From Phaeosaccion multiseriatum (Eukaryota; Protista; Ochrophyta, other classes), in assembly GCA_965112735.1 (NCBI GenBank), contig OZ218952.1, positions 2,976,001 to 3,040,000 on the forward strand: DNA of 64,000 nt, read 5' to 3'. Of this stretch, positions 48,271-60,898 are shown in pieces (position 1 is the stretch's first letter; each line of letters opens with the position of its first letter). The translations under genes and the position numbers were made by a program. Below the pieces are notes generated by a model. That model saw nothing but the letters and a program-made list of their open reading frames with translations. It was not told the origin of the DNA and ran no database searches.

Positions 48271-50882
48271 ATGTCCTCAATCGACCGCATCGAGCTGAAT
48301 CCTTACCAGGGAGATCTTACAATCTACATTAAAGACTTGCGCGCACAGGAGGCGCGAAAGAGACCCTTGACAGTGAAGGTAAGGCTTTGTTTGACTTTGG
48401 TCTTTCCGTGTATGGTCCTGCGCTCATCTCTTGTCCCCTCCTTAGTGATTGTGGGCCTGTATCTCTATGAGCCACGCCTCTCCCTCGCCCCGATTCCCGC
48501 CGTTTTTCCGGCGCTGCCGGGCCTCCTTCCTCTGCCGTCCTTTCAAGTCATTATGATGCGGGGAGAGCTCTGTATAAGGCCATAACACTTCTTTGACTGT
48601 TTCTCTCCTCCTCCTCTTTCCTCCTCGTTGGGCGTGTGTGGCGCTTCCCAACACTGACCTACCTCCTCTCCTGCCCCGCCCCTCCCGCCCTCCCACTCTT
48701 TGTGCAACATTTCAATACAGTCATGGTCGCGCGTGCAGGACATCAAGAACTTGCTCCAATCGCTGCTGAACGTACCCACGGGGTCCCAAAGGCTCTTTTA
48801 CCGCGGCAAGGAGCTCAAGAATCACCGCATTCTGCACGACCAGGGAATATACGAGAGCGGACAGACCATCTTCTTTGCGGCAGTAGACGTCGGCAGCCTT
48901 TCCCAAAAGTATTCGCTGGAGATTTACGGCAGCCTTGACCCTCCCCGGCATCTCTTGCGGTGCTTGAACCAAGCGAAGCGCGCCCTTGATTTGGGCTTTG
49001 CGCCATCGCTGGCCTTGGAGGGCACTGGTGGAACCTATTTCCTCACGGACACGCGCAGAAGGAAAGTGGCGGCCTTCAAGCCTCTTGACGAGGAGCCTTT
49101 TACCCCCAACAACCCCCGAGGGCTGGTGGGAAGCTACGGCAAGGATGGGATGTGCATGCGTCCTGGTATCACGCCGGGGGAGGCCTGTGTGCGTGAGGTA
49201 GCAGCCTACATACTCGACCGGGGCCATTTCTCGAGGGTGCCGCAGACAGTGCTAGCGGAGGTCCGCCACCCGTCTCTGTCGCACTTGGACGGGAGGGACG
49301 GGAGAAGGAAGCTGGGCAGCTTTCAGGAGTTTGTGGAACACGACGAGATGGTGGCTGATATTAGCCCCTCCAAGCTCAGCGTAGCCTCTGTGCACCGCAT
49401 CGCCATTCTGGACATGCGACTGCTCAACATGGATAGGAACGATGCCAACATTTTGGTGCGGCGGCGAAGGCAGAGTAGCGACAAGGGCAACAAGAGTCAT
49501 CGCAGGGCTTTCCCCCCGCATGCCGGCGGCAGCGGGGGGGGCGGCAGCAACGGCAGCAACGACAGCAACGGTACCAACTGCAGTCCCAAGAGCGTAGAGA
49601 GTCCCGGCTCCAATAGTGACAGTCGCTGGCAAGGTACAGGGGGTGGCGGCGGCATCAACAGCAACAGCAACAACGATGGCCGCAATAGCAGCGGCAGCAG
49701 CAGCAATGAAGTGGTGTATGAGCTCATTCCAATCGACCACGGATATTGCCTCCCCTACAAGATTGAGATTGGCTGGTGCGACTGGTGCTGGATAGACTGG
49801 CCGCAGCTCAAAAGGCCCCTGGACGCAGACGCTAGGGCCTACGTCTTGGCTCTGGACCCTGAAGCCGACGTGCGCCGCGTCCGACAGAAGCTGAGTCTGC
49901 GCGAGCCCTGCCTGCGCAACTTTCGAATCTCCAGCATGCTGCTGCAAGAGGGCGTCAGGAGCGGTCTCACGCTACTGGACATTGCCAATGTTATCGTCAG
50001 GCACGACTTGGACTCAAAGGTGAGGGTGGGGGCATATATTTATTGACTTACAGTGGGGGTGAGGGGTGTGAGCAGCAGGGGAGGGCATAGTGTGAGTGTA
50101 GCGAAGAGCGGAGCTCCCTGCCGCCCTTTTGTTTATTGCCTCCACCCCCGAGCCTAACCCTACTCCCTCCCTGCCTCCCTCCCTCCCTGCCTCCCTCCTC
50201 CCACTCTCCGTTCCTCTCTCTCTCTCCACCCTCTGCCCCTGCCTCTGTCGCAGTCTGAGTTGGAATTGCTTGTGGACAGGGCCGAGGCGCTTGCTCATGC
50301 CGCACTCGAGAACAACGCGCACGGCAGCTTCCTCTCCAAAATCCTCTCCCCTTCTAAGAGCCCTCCCAGTGCAGAGCAAAAGCGCCTTAAGCTCAAGGCC
50401 AAGATGAAGGGTGAGTGAGTGAGTGAGTGAGTTGGGGGGGGGGGGGGGGAGGAAGAGGGGAAGGGTGCGTTGGTTGCGGCAGGCAGGCCGAGAGGCTGAC
50501 ATTTACGAGGCGCAGGTTGGCAGAGGCGTCGTTTCTCGGAGGCTTGTACAACGCTATTGGATTGGATCTCAGTCGTGAGAGCAGCGAGAGGGAGAAGAGA
50601 GAGAGACGCATTCATACCCTTGTTCTTTCTTGGTGCGTTTGCCCCTTTGTTTGCACAGTCCGCAAACAGCGCGAGCAAAAGCGGGAGCAGCAGCAACGCA
50701 GAGACTACGAGCGGACGAAGAGCAGCACCTCTCCCGTGGAAGGCGATGGGTACGACATGTCATACGAAAATGAAGACAGCACATTCGAGGCGAGCAGGGA
50801 GGATGGCGGCACGTCCCCTCTGAGTGATGCATACTCCACCGATGTTGATGATGAGACAGACGAGGATGATGAGGAAGACGAG

Positions 50883-50914
<32 letters not shown>

Positions 50915-52941
50915 GGAGGAGGAGGAGGAAGCGGAGGAGGAGGAAGATGGGAATGTTGATGACGTGGACGAAGGCGAGAATGTGGAGGAGCCAGGTGATG
51001 TCGCATCCAGTAGTGAAAGCAGCAGTGGCAGCAGCAGCTCGGACGATAATGAGGGCTTCGGCTTTTGGAGGGAGTCCATGGCTGTGATTGATGCCAGGAA
51101 CCTCGAAGAAGACGATGAGGAAGAATTCATGGAATGGGGCGTAGACTGGGAGCAGCAGCAGCGGCAGCAGCTGCAGGAGGAGCAGGAGGAGGAAAAGGAG
51201 CAGCACATAGAAAGGCGGAGCTTGCTGGCAGGGGGGAGAGACAGACGCAAGAATGGAGGCGGCAATCTTGAGCAACAACCATTAGACCCGCTGCAGGATG
51301 GCATTGACATGCCGTCGTCGAGGCTGGGCCGGAACCGGAAATTGTCTCAGGTCGGGGAAGAGTTAGAGTCAACGGGTGGGCGTAGAGACTCGAACGCTGT
51401 CACGTCTCCCAAGGTGAGTGGGCAAGGCACGGCGCCTTCAGATGTAGGCAAGCTCGACGTGTACAACCTCTCTACGCTCTCTAGGGGGGAAGAGAGGGAG
51501 CAGCGAGGGCGGCAGCTATGTGACGAGGGTCAGGGGCGACGCGGTGATCATGACAATGACCAACACAACGGGGTGACCACGAGTAGCGACAGTAGCGAAG
51601 ACAGCCCTAGCAACGACACCGCAACCACGACCTTTCTGAGCACATCCTGCAACGAACAGGGAGGAGGACAACACCGGCACGGACACAGTAGCCTGGAAGA
51701 GGGCGAGGGCGAGGGCGAGGGTACCCACGCCAGGAAGAGTCAGGCCAGGCCTCCGCCACTCCGGCCCTCGGCTGCCATTCGTGGACCTATCCAACGTCTC
51801 ATTGCGGAGAGCAGCCAGGAGGGCTCTATTTCGCCCTTGGGCAGCAGTAGAAGCGGCAGCGGCAGCAGCACCGGCACAGGTGGTGGTGGCAGCCCCAGCA
51901 ACAGTAGCAAGGGCAAGGGCAAGGCCAAGGGCCATCTTGCTAGGAGGCTGGCAAACCTGCAGTTGGATGATGTCGTGGTGAACACCCCAACGTCGGATGT
52001 GAACAGGACGAAGAGGATGGGCCCGTCCAGTACCAGCAGCGGTGGCAGCAACGACTCAAGGACGAGTAGCAGTGGCCGGCCTAGGAGCTGCAGCCCCAAG
52101 AGCCTCAGCCCGAAAGAAAGAGCACCAGTGGGTGCACCACAAGCTGCGTCGTCGTCGCTGTCTGTGTCGTCGCCGGGGGTGAATGGTCAGCAGGGGCGTG
52201 CTCTGGGGGGGCTAGCCGGCTCTCAGACCGTTACCAAGAACCCTCTTCCTCGCGTTGGCAAGGACTCCTCCGCTGATATCACTCCGGAGGGTTCGCTTGC
52301 GGCCTCTTCTCAGCAGGTACGGCACGGTAGGGGGACGCTCCCTCTCCGGCATTAACTCCAAGCCTCCGCGCTCGCTCGGTTGTATTGTGCGTGTTTGTTG
52401 GGTTCATGTGTGTGTTTGTGTGTGGTTGTGGTTGTCCTCATGACGATTCATTTATTCTCTCCCCTCCTCTTCTATCCTATCCTCTCCCCACAGCGGGATG
52501 CCCTCTCGCAGCCGGTAGCGATACAGCGCAGCTTTAGCTACCACGGCCTGAGGAGCCAGGCTCTGTACGACCCCACCACGCGGGAACGGAACCGCTCCCA
52601 CCGCCGCAAGCCTGGGAAGGATAGCCCCGAGGTGAGAGTGAGTGAGAGGTCTTTTTGCTTTTGTAATTTTGGTCGGGATGTCTCGATGAATCATCTCTAC
52701 AACACTGCATTGCTTGCGTTTCTCATGCCCCTCCCTCCTCCTCCTCCTCCTGCTGCTGCTGCGGCTCGTGCTGGTGCTGGTGTTGCTGGTGGTGCTACTG
52801 CTTTTCCTCCTTTCTTGTCTCCTTTGTCCGCTCTCTTCTCTACAGTTTGCCGCCGCCTTTTTCCGTTTCATTGACGTGCTGGTGAAGGAGCTGGTGAAGA
52901 AGAAGTGCAAGGAGGCCGGGGAGCAAGCGGGTACTCTATAG
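48271..52941 (+). CDS. Ubiquitin-like-domain type II PI4-kinase (PI4Kgamma-like), ~6 exons
   Basis: UBL 'SRVQDIKNLL...QRLFYRGKELKN...LHDQGI'; kinase motifs 'GTGGTYF', 'FKPLDEEP', 'REVAAYILD', 'GSFQEFV', 'DRNDANIL', 'LIPIDHGYCLP'. Confidence 0.92.
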
Positions 52942-53743
52942 CATAGCATACCATTGGAGGGGGTTGGAGCAAGCGGGTACATGATAGCATAGGATAGCAT
53001 TGACGGGCGTCTGTCACCTTGCGTTAGTATCATTCAAAAACGAGGAGCCGTTGCATCGTAGTTAAGGCGGAATTTTTACCTGTTCCGTCGACTGCAGTGC
53101 CGCGCTCAGCTTTAGTTTAGCCACACACGCCCACGCACACACACAGAGAGAGAGAGAGGGAGAGAGACGAGGGTTTCATGTGCGAAGGTGTCTTGTCCTT
53201 GCATGGAGTGGGCGTGATAGTTCAGTGTAGAGGAGCGAGAGGGGGGGGGGTGCAGCAGACCCACCCTCTGATACGCATGTACAAAGTATGCACATACACA
53301 CAAACACAAACACACACACACAGACACAACGTAGGACAACCACAGAAAGAGGGGGAGAATTGCCGAGTAAATATGTACACATAACGCATGGAGGGATTTC
53401 TCAAGAGGTTCAGATGAAAAGGCAGTAGGGCTTGCCTCTTCCTCCCGACCTGGACGAGTGGCAAGGCGGGACTGAGAGTGGCTTAAATGTTGCTCTCATC
53501 AGAGGCGGTAGTTTTTTTATTTTTATTTTATTAAAAAAGTAAAACAGGAAATTGAATCTCTTGAGGGACACAACGTTTTAGGGCGTGCATGTTTGAAATG
53601 AGGTCCTGCGGTCCACAAACCACGCACATATACCCCACCCACCAGCAAGCAGCCTCTAACAAGGAAGGACCAGACAAGGCCCCTGCCCTGACGCCGCCCC
53701 TGCCCGCTCCCTCCCGCCTCTCTCTCCCAACCTCTGACGTCAA

Positions 53744-55206
53744 CTAAGGGGCGACCTTCTCCAGGAAATCCGCCATGTCTGGGGGGAAGTAGTCCTTAAA
53801 CTCGGACTTCTTGATCCACTGATGCTCGGTAAAGTGGGGCAGCAGCTTGGGTACCCCAGCCACCAGCTCGCACCGATGGAAAAACGTCTTGTGACCGAAC
53901 ATCTTCTCCTCCGCCTGCTGCTCGGCGGGGTATTCTGCCCAATGATAGCCGGCGGGGGCGTTGCCTATCAAATTCACCTCGTACGGGTCGAACGTCTCTA
54001 CTTTGGTGCCGTCCGGCGTAGGGGGCTCTGTGAAGAAGGCCTCCAAAGCTCTCTCTGCCGCCTTCCGACTCGTCTCCTCGCTGGACGCGTGGGTGGACAC
54101 ATCAAGGCTGCTGTGTGGTAGTTGCCAGCCCTCTCCCTTCGGGGCCGCCTCCCCGACGCCTGCGAAGCCGCCCTTTCTATCCTGTGGCCGTACAATGAGC
54201 ACCAGTGGCTCACTCAGTGCCCTGTTGAGGGAGGTGCGGTCATCGGCATCATCGGCAGCGGTGACCCTCGGTGCCAGTGGCACGGGACACATGGCTAGCG
54301 CCTCCTTCATGCTAATGGGCGGAGTGTCATTGTCCATGATACTGATACTGTCCGGGTACGCCCTACCGCCGAGAGCCAGCTGCTTCAATCTCAAGTCCAT
54401 CATTTCCTCCTCCCATGGCTCGTGATCTGGGGTAATGATTGGCCAGCGCTCCACCAACCTGCGCGTTGACAGAGGAGAGAGGCACCAGCACCACGTGTAT
54501 GTGTGTGTGTGTGTGTGTTTCGTATGTAAGAGAGAATGTGGAAAATGCATCACACGCGAAGGACGCAAGAGAAGGGGGATGGATGGAGACTCATTCAGTG
54601 GCTGGATCGTCTCTGAATGAGGCAAGATCACAGTGGAATCAGCAGTCCTCAGGTACGAATCCTTCTGCCATGGTTCACTTACACTGCCGTCTGCCACTTC
54701 CAAGGCAAGGCCTTGTCCCGCGCTCTCCGATCCAATTCTTCTATTGTTTCTTTGCGGCCGTGCATGTACGCTGTCCTTGCTGGCTTGTGGACCCCAATTC
54801 TCCAAACGCCGCGTCTCTTTACCGCATGGGGATGCTTGGCGATCTCCTCCTGCTCCTTGGTCAGAGGCGGTTCTTCCTTTGGCACACTCCACTTCTTTCT
54901 TCTCTTCCTCTTCTTCCTTCCCTGCCCTTGAGTACTAAAGCTACTCAGCTGTTGACGACAAACGCGAATGGTGCCGAGCCGACCCGCTCCATCAGCAGCA
55001 GCACCACCACCACAAGCACCAGCAGCAGCAACGCCTCTGCCTTGCGCAGAGGTACAGAACCTGTCGTTCCGTAAAGCCGATCCCGCTACCGCTGTGAATG
55101 CCCTCCGACCCGTCGCCTTTCCCCAGCGAGTGCCACCAATTTCCACCAGCGTCGACACCCCTCGCCTCCCTGCTGCAGCCGCGGCTGCTGCTATCCCTGG
55201 AGCCAT
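53744..55206 (-). CDS. MRPL46: Mitochondrial ribosomal protein mL46, 2 exons (55206-54683, 54458-53744)
   Basis: 'LVERWPIITP', 'PRVTAADDADDRTSLNRAL', 'WQLP', 'GNAPAG', 'KTFF', 'HQWIKKSE'; mitochondrial-type presequence. Confidence 0.88.
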
Positions 55207-55381
55207 ACCTCGACCTTCTCTTCCTCTGTATACTCCACAAACACTCGAAGATCAACCCGCCCCCCCTACTTTTCATCACATTTGGTCTCAAAGTATGCCT
55301 CTAAATATGACCCCGGGGTGATTTCCTGCTCCCCTTGTGGTGTGGGACCAATAGTTGTTGGGCCGCCTCCGCTGTTTGACA

Positions 55382-57190
55382 ATGGTAAGACCGAGGTGGA
55401 TAACAGGCGCGTTGTCGGGAAGATGCAGAAGAGGGACCTGGGCAGGAGCCGCAGACGGTGGGGAAAGTGCGTGACAGCAGGGGGCAGCGCTCGAAATGGC
55501 TTTGGGAGCCTCCAGCTGCGTAGCTTGAGCGAGAGCAGCTTAGAGCGGTAGAGGTGGGACGACAGATGATGCAAGGAGTACTGATGGCGAGAGGCAATGG
55601 ATTTTATGCTGCGGCGTGGGCACCCCGGTTGACTGCTTTTGTGTCTGAAAAGGTGCTGCTACCTCACTGGCATGCCGGTAGAGGGAAGGAAACAGATACC
55701 ACCAAAAGGAGGCCCAAAAGAGAAAAGGAGTTTGATTGGCCACATATGTGTGTCTTCGGGTAGCGGATTGTGCGGGGAGGCTGTGTGCTGTGCACAGTTT
55801 CAGAGACGGGGAAGTTCAGGGTGCCTTGGGGGAAGACGCTGAGGGTGGAGGCTTAATGGGGGTCCAGCCCCCTTTAGTACTCCCCGTGAGACTGGAGAGG
55901 CTCAGAGAGCTCTCAGTTGTGTCTGCGACGATGCCACCTTTGCTGCTATCTCCCTTTGCCCCCAACCCTACTCACTCCTCTTTCTTGCTGTCTCTCTTTG
56001 TCTGTGCCTTCCTTTTTCAACGTGATCTCCCTCTCCCCGTGTCCACGCTTTCTCCCCGGACGATGTTATGCTCTTGTTCCGCCTTTATTGGGAACGCGAA
56101 GGGTGTCCGCACGAAGACTGTTAAGAAGTCCGCGAGGGTTATCATCGAGAAGTACTACTCTCGCCTCACAAAGGACTTCCACACTAACAAGAGGGTTGTC
56201 GATGAGGTGGCCATCATCCCTTCCAAGAGGATGCGCAACAAGATTGCAGGGTTTGTGACGCACTTGATGAAGAGGATTGAGCGAGGCCCAGTGCGAGGAA
56301 TCTCCCTCAAGCTGCAGGAGGAGGAGAGGGAGAGGAGGATGGACTTCGTGCCGGAGGTGAGTCCGGAAAAGGTAGACTGGGGCAGCCATAGAGAGAGGGG
56401 GTTACATTGCGAGCCAGGCGGAGGAAGGGTGGGCACATAGGCAGCCACAGACGAGAAGGATGCACTGCGAAAGGAAAAGGGGGGGAGGACAACGTTGCAA
56501 TGCGAGAAGGAGCCGAAGAGAGAGTGACAAGAGAGTATTCCCAGAGATGCCCAGAGATGTGTATGTAGAAGGAAATTGGGGGGGGGGGAGATGAAAGATG
56601 AAGTGCGTGCTCAGATGCCTAGGGGAAGCGGAAAGCGTAGGCTGTCTGCGAAAAACGGAGCGCTTTGACACCACACCGAAGAAGACGTGTGTGTGTTTTT
56701 GTCGGTGCACACATCTGTCTGACCATGTGGCGGGAGGGAATTCATGACCAATTTTCATCGTTGGGGCTGCCTGCGTTGTGACTTGTGTGTTTAGTGAGCG
56801 CGAACCTAGCCCCGACTGAGGTGTGGGGGGGAATGGGAGGAAGGAAATATGAGCGACCCACCCCCTCTGCAGAGCAGCACAGAGGCCAAGCGATGATGCT
56901 TCTCCCCGTCCTTCCCTGGTTGGGAATAGATAAACGGTCGACGTAGAAGTGTGGAGAGGCCGGTCAATATGTTCTCTGCTCCTCCATGTTTCCTGTTTCC
57001 TCTCTCGGTGTGTCGCTGACGCTATCCTACCCGTCCACCACAATGTGTGCTCGTGTATTGGTTGTCTGACCACAGGTGTCGGACATTGACCAGGAAGTGA
57101 TTGAGGTGGACGTGGACACCAAGGAGCTGCTGGACTTCCTTAACTTCAAGGAGCTGCCCGGTGTGGTCGTCAAGGACATGAACGCATAAG
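55382..57190 (+). CDS. RPS17: 40S ribosomal protein S17, exons ATG (55382-55384, inferred), 56102-56356 and 57076-57190
   Basis: '[18 protein letters not shown]...[40 protein letters not shown]|VSDID...'. Confidence 0.96.
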
Positions 57191-57637
57191 GCAACAATGA
57201 GCAACAGCAGCAGCAGCAGCACAGCAGCAGCAGCAGCAGCCAAAGGAAGGCCGTTGACGCGTGCTTTCTGTCTCTCCTGGGGAGGGGGGAGGGGTTGAAA
57301 GTGATGTGATGGGCGGTGAGGGAGTGAGTCCCCACGTGGCATGGTGCGGATCAAGCGGCAGCGGCGGGTGGTGGTGTAAGGCAGGCGGCGAAGGTGAGGG
57401 TGTAATAGCCCTCTTCTTTAATACACACCCCAATAAAACCAACAGCCTGAAAACATTTACTCAACAAAAAGCGAAACGCCTCCTCTAGCCTCCTCCTTTT
57501 TTGTGTATATACTTCGAAACCATTTGTTCAGTATATATTGAAGTACAATTCTTACAGCCTCCACACACTTGGGTATGCAGGTAGGTGGGTTGTAATGAGG
57601 CCCTGGGTGAGGTACAAAGGTTTTGGCATGAGCATGG

Positions 57638-60600
57638 TCAGGAGTGGGGATGCGCCTTTTTCGCTGGCTGCTGCTGCTGCTGCTGCTGGTGGGGCAGAGG
57701 AAGAAGTGGAGGGATTGAGAGGATAGGAGCCGGAGACTGCTGAATGAAGCTCTTCTGAGCCTGCTGTTGTTGCTGTTGCTGTTGCTGTTGCTGCTGGGCA
57801 AGCATCATGACCTGGTGCTCCTGCTGCGCTGATATTTGTGAGCCTTGTAAGCCGCCGCCCCTCCCACCCCCGCCGCCACCACCACCGCTGCCACCCCCTT
57901 CGGACTTGCAAACACCAGGAGGAGGCCCGCCTGGCAGGGGGAGGGAACCCCCATGCGCTTTAATTACAGATGCCATGGCGTCGCTGAAGATGGCACTGTC
58001 CACAGAGTCACCACCCACCATGCCCTCGTCATCCCCACGAGGGGCATATGCTTCTTCGAGGGAGATGTTCAGCAAGCTATAAACGAGCCCTGACTCGTCG
58101 ATAGGCTCCTCCACGGCGGGGAAGTTGCCGAAAGGGTCGAAGGAGGTCCCGTCCTGCTTTGGCCGCTGTTGCTGTTGCTGCTGCTGCTGTTGAGGTGTGT
58201 GGAGCTGCTGTTGCGGGTCGGATATGATGTGGGGAGGGGCGGTACCTTGCTGTTGTTGGGTCCCAATGCCGATGTGATTGGGGTCTAGGAAGGACATGAA
58301 GGTTGTACCACTCAAGTCGCCTGGCGTTCCAGACGCTGCTGCCGCCACCGCCGCCGTATCCAAGCCAAGCCCGCCCTGCATTACGTCTTGTATTTGTTGG
58401 TGCTGTTCGGGAGTCAAGTGCGCGGCTTGCAGTTGCAGTTCTTGTTGTTGTTGCTGCTGCTGTTGTAGTAGTAATTGTTGTTGCTGTTGCTGCTGTTGTT
58501 GTTGCTGCGATTGTTGTTGTTGCTGCTGCTGGTGTTGCTGCTGATGTCCCAAGTGCGCCCCCGCGTGCAGGGGAATGCCGTTACTAAACACCGAATGTAC
58601 CAGCTGCACCTGTTGTCGCTGCTGGTGTTGTTGCTGCTGCTGCTGTTGCATCAGCATTTGAGCCGCTTGCTGATGTTGCTGCTGTTGCTGCTGCTGCTGC
58701 CAGGCCAGCTGCGGTTGCCCAAAGCCCAGCTGCCCAATTTGCTGCGCTACGCTAAGTTGCTGTCCCATGAGATTCATGTGATGCGCCGACTGCACCGCAT
58801 TGGCAAAGTCAGCATCAGCAGCGTACTGATAAGCCACCGCCGCTTCCTGCCGTGCCCTTGCCTCAAAGCTGTTATCTGCTGCCTCCACCTTTGCCGCCAC
58901 ACCTCCTGTGGCCGGCGCCTTGCCAGTCTTTGCCCCTGCCCCAAACTCGGCCTTGCGCCTCGCTGCGCTGTTCCAGCGGTTCTTGATAGAGTTCTCGCTA
59001 CGACCCGGCAGTAGTTTGGCCACTTTCGTCCAGCTGTTGCCGAACTTGGCCTGAGACTCGATCAAGATCTGAGGGGAGCACAAGCAGGTTATAGATAAGA
59101 GAGGGTTGGATGGTACACAATACATTGGGCAAGAAATGCGTGTGGGAATTCGACTCAACCGTCAATCTCACGGTAGTAGCCACGCGGCTCAGGCATCTCG
59201 CTCTCGTTGCTCGCGTCTGCCATCTTCATCCTCCTCTGCTTCACGCTCACCTCCGTCCCCATCTCTACCCCCCTCGTCCCCGATCAACCAACTCTCAAAT
59301 TCTCCTCTCACTATGGCATACAAGACAGTCAGACAGAGCTCTTCCTGCCAGCTCGAGTTCTCAGGCGCTCTAGGTCGGTGCTGAGTCGGGTAGCGAGAGG
59401 GTGATGTTGTAAAATTGTACAGGACAAGAGTCCTGAACAAAACGACAATGATACATTCCTCTCTGCCACCCTGCTGCCCTGCTGCCAACCCCTTCTCTCC
59501 TCCTCCTCCTCCTCCTCCCCCTCCTCATCATCCTTCTCCTCCTCCTCCTCTTTTCCAATTACCTGATCTTCTTCGGGGGTCCAGCCAGTCTTTTTCAACT
59601 TGGGATCGAGGTGATTGAACCAGCGCTCCCGACACTGCTTCCCCACCCTGCCCTCGATATGAAGCGCGATGTCTACCCACAGCACGATGCCCGCCTCCAT
59701 ACAGGCCAAGATGATGTCGTCCTCCTCCTTCTTCCACGGCCCCTTGATGACGGGCTCCTTATCCTTGTTCTTCCGGGGAGCTGGCAGCCTCACTCCGCGC
59801 TTCAAAATAAAGCCTTCTCCTGCCGACGTGGTCTCGTCGTCTTCATCTTCGTCGTCGTCTTCGTCACTGTCATTGGCCTTGGCAGCGTTGCGAGACGAGG
59901 AAGAACGCCTGCTGCTGCTCCTGCTACCCCTCCCCTCCTTCCCTGTCACTGCCGCTGCACCGCGCCCGACGCCTCGGTCCGCTGCAAGACTCCCACTTGA
60001 CGCATCTCTGGGCGCTGCACCTCTTGCCATGGGGGGGGTTACCGATGGCGGCGATGATGGCTCAACGAGCTCCGCCTTGACCGCCCCCGCCTTCTTCTTG
60101 GCCCAGCGACTCGGGGGCTTTGGCGGCTCTACTGCCTGCACATCATGTCCGCCGCTGTCTCTGCCAACTCCCATGACGCCGGCTGACGCAGCAGCTGCTG
60201 CGGTGGGGGCGTCTATGCCCTCTCCTTTCCCCGCTCTTTGGGTGGAACGCGTGGGTGCCACTCCTTCTGCTGTGCCCATCACGGCTGGTGATGTTGAGGA
60301 CGACGAGGATGGCGAACTACTGCCTTGGTGGATAAGCTCCTCGGTGAAGGTCCTCTGTTGGGTGGAAACCATAGCTTGGACATCCTTTGCATTCAGAGGA
60401 GGTTCATTCACCGTCGCATGAGGTATCCAAGAAGGAGTCGCTCTTGAATAAACCCTTTTCCTTCTCTCATCTGTCTCACCCTCCTCTCCCACTACCTGCA
60501 CATCCTCCTCGATATCCTCCTCATCTCGGCTGCTGCGCTTTAGCAACCCGCTGCCGCTCCCACCACTTTCATTCCCAGGTATGCTCATGACTTTCTCTCT

Positions 60601-60645
60601 GTCCTCTGCTGTAAAACAACCCCTGCTAGGAGATCGTAAGTTCAT
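57638..60645 (-). CDS. R2R3-MYB transcription factor with polyQ C-terminal region, 2 exons (60645-59563, 59068-57638)
   Basis: 'KGPWKKEED...GRVGKQCRERWFNHLDP..KKTGWTPEEDQ|ILIESQAKFGNSWTKVAKLLPGRSENSIKNRWNS'. Confidence 0.93.
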
Positions 60646-60898
60646 TTAACCCCCCCGGGACGAGGAAACGTAGCACCAACACGTATTCACAAATGGCTTC
60701 CCTCCTATCCGCTTCCCTCTCTTCCATTGTATCCCCTCACCTGCGGGGCTGCTGATCGAGGCGCCACAGCACTTGGCACCAAGGGGAAGAAGGATCTGGG
60801 TCACTCTGCTGACCCCCGCCTCTGCGTTTGTCACTCGCAGCCCTGCGGGGTCGGGTATGTAACTGCTGAATTGGCCTAGGGAGACACCATTCTCAACC

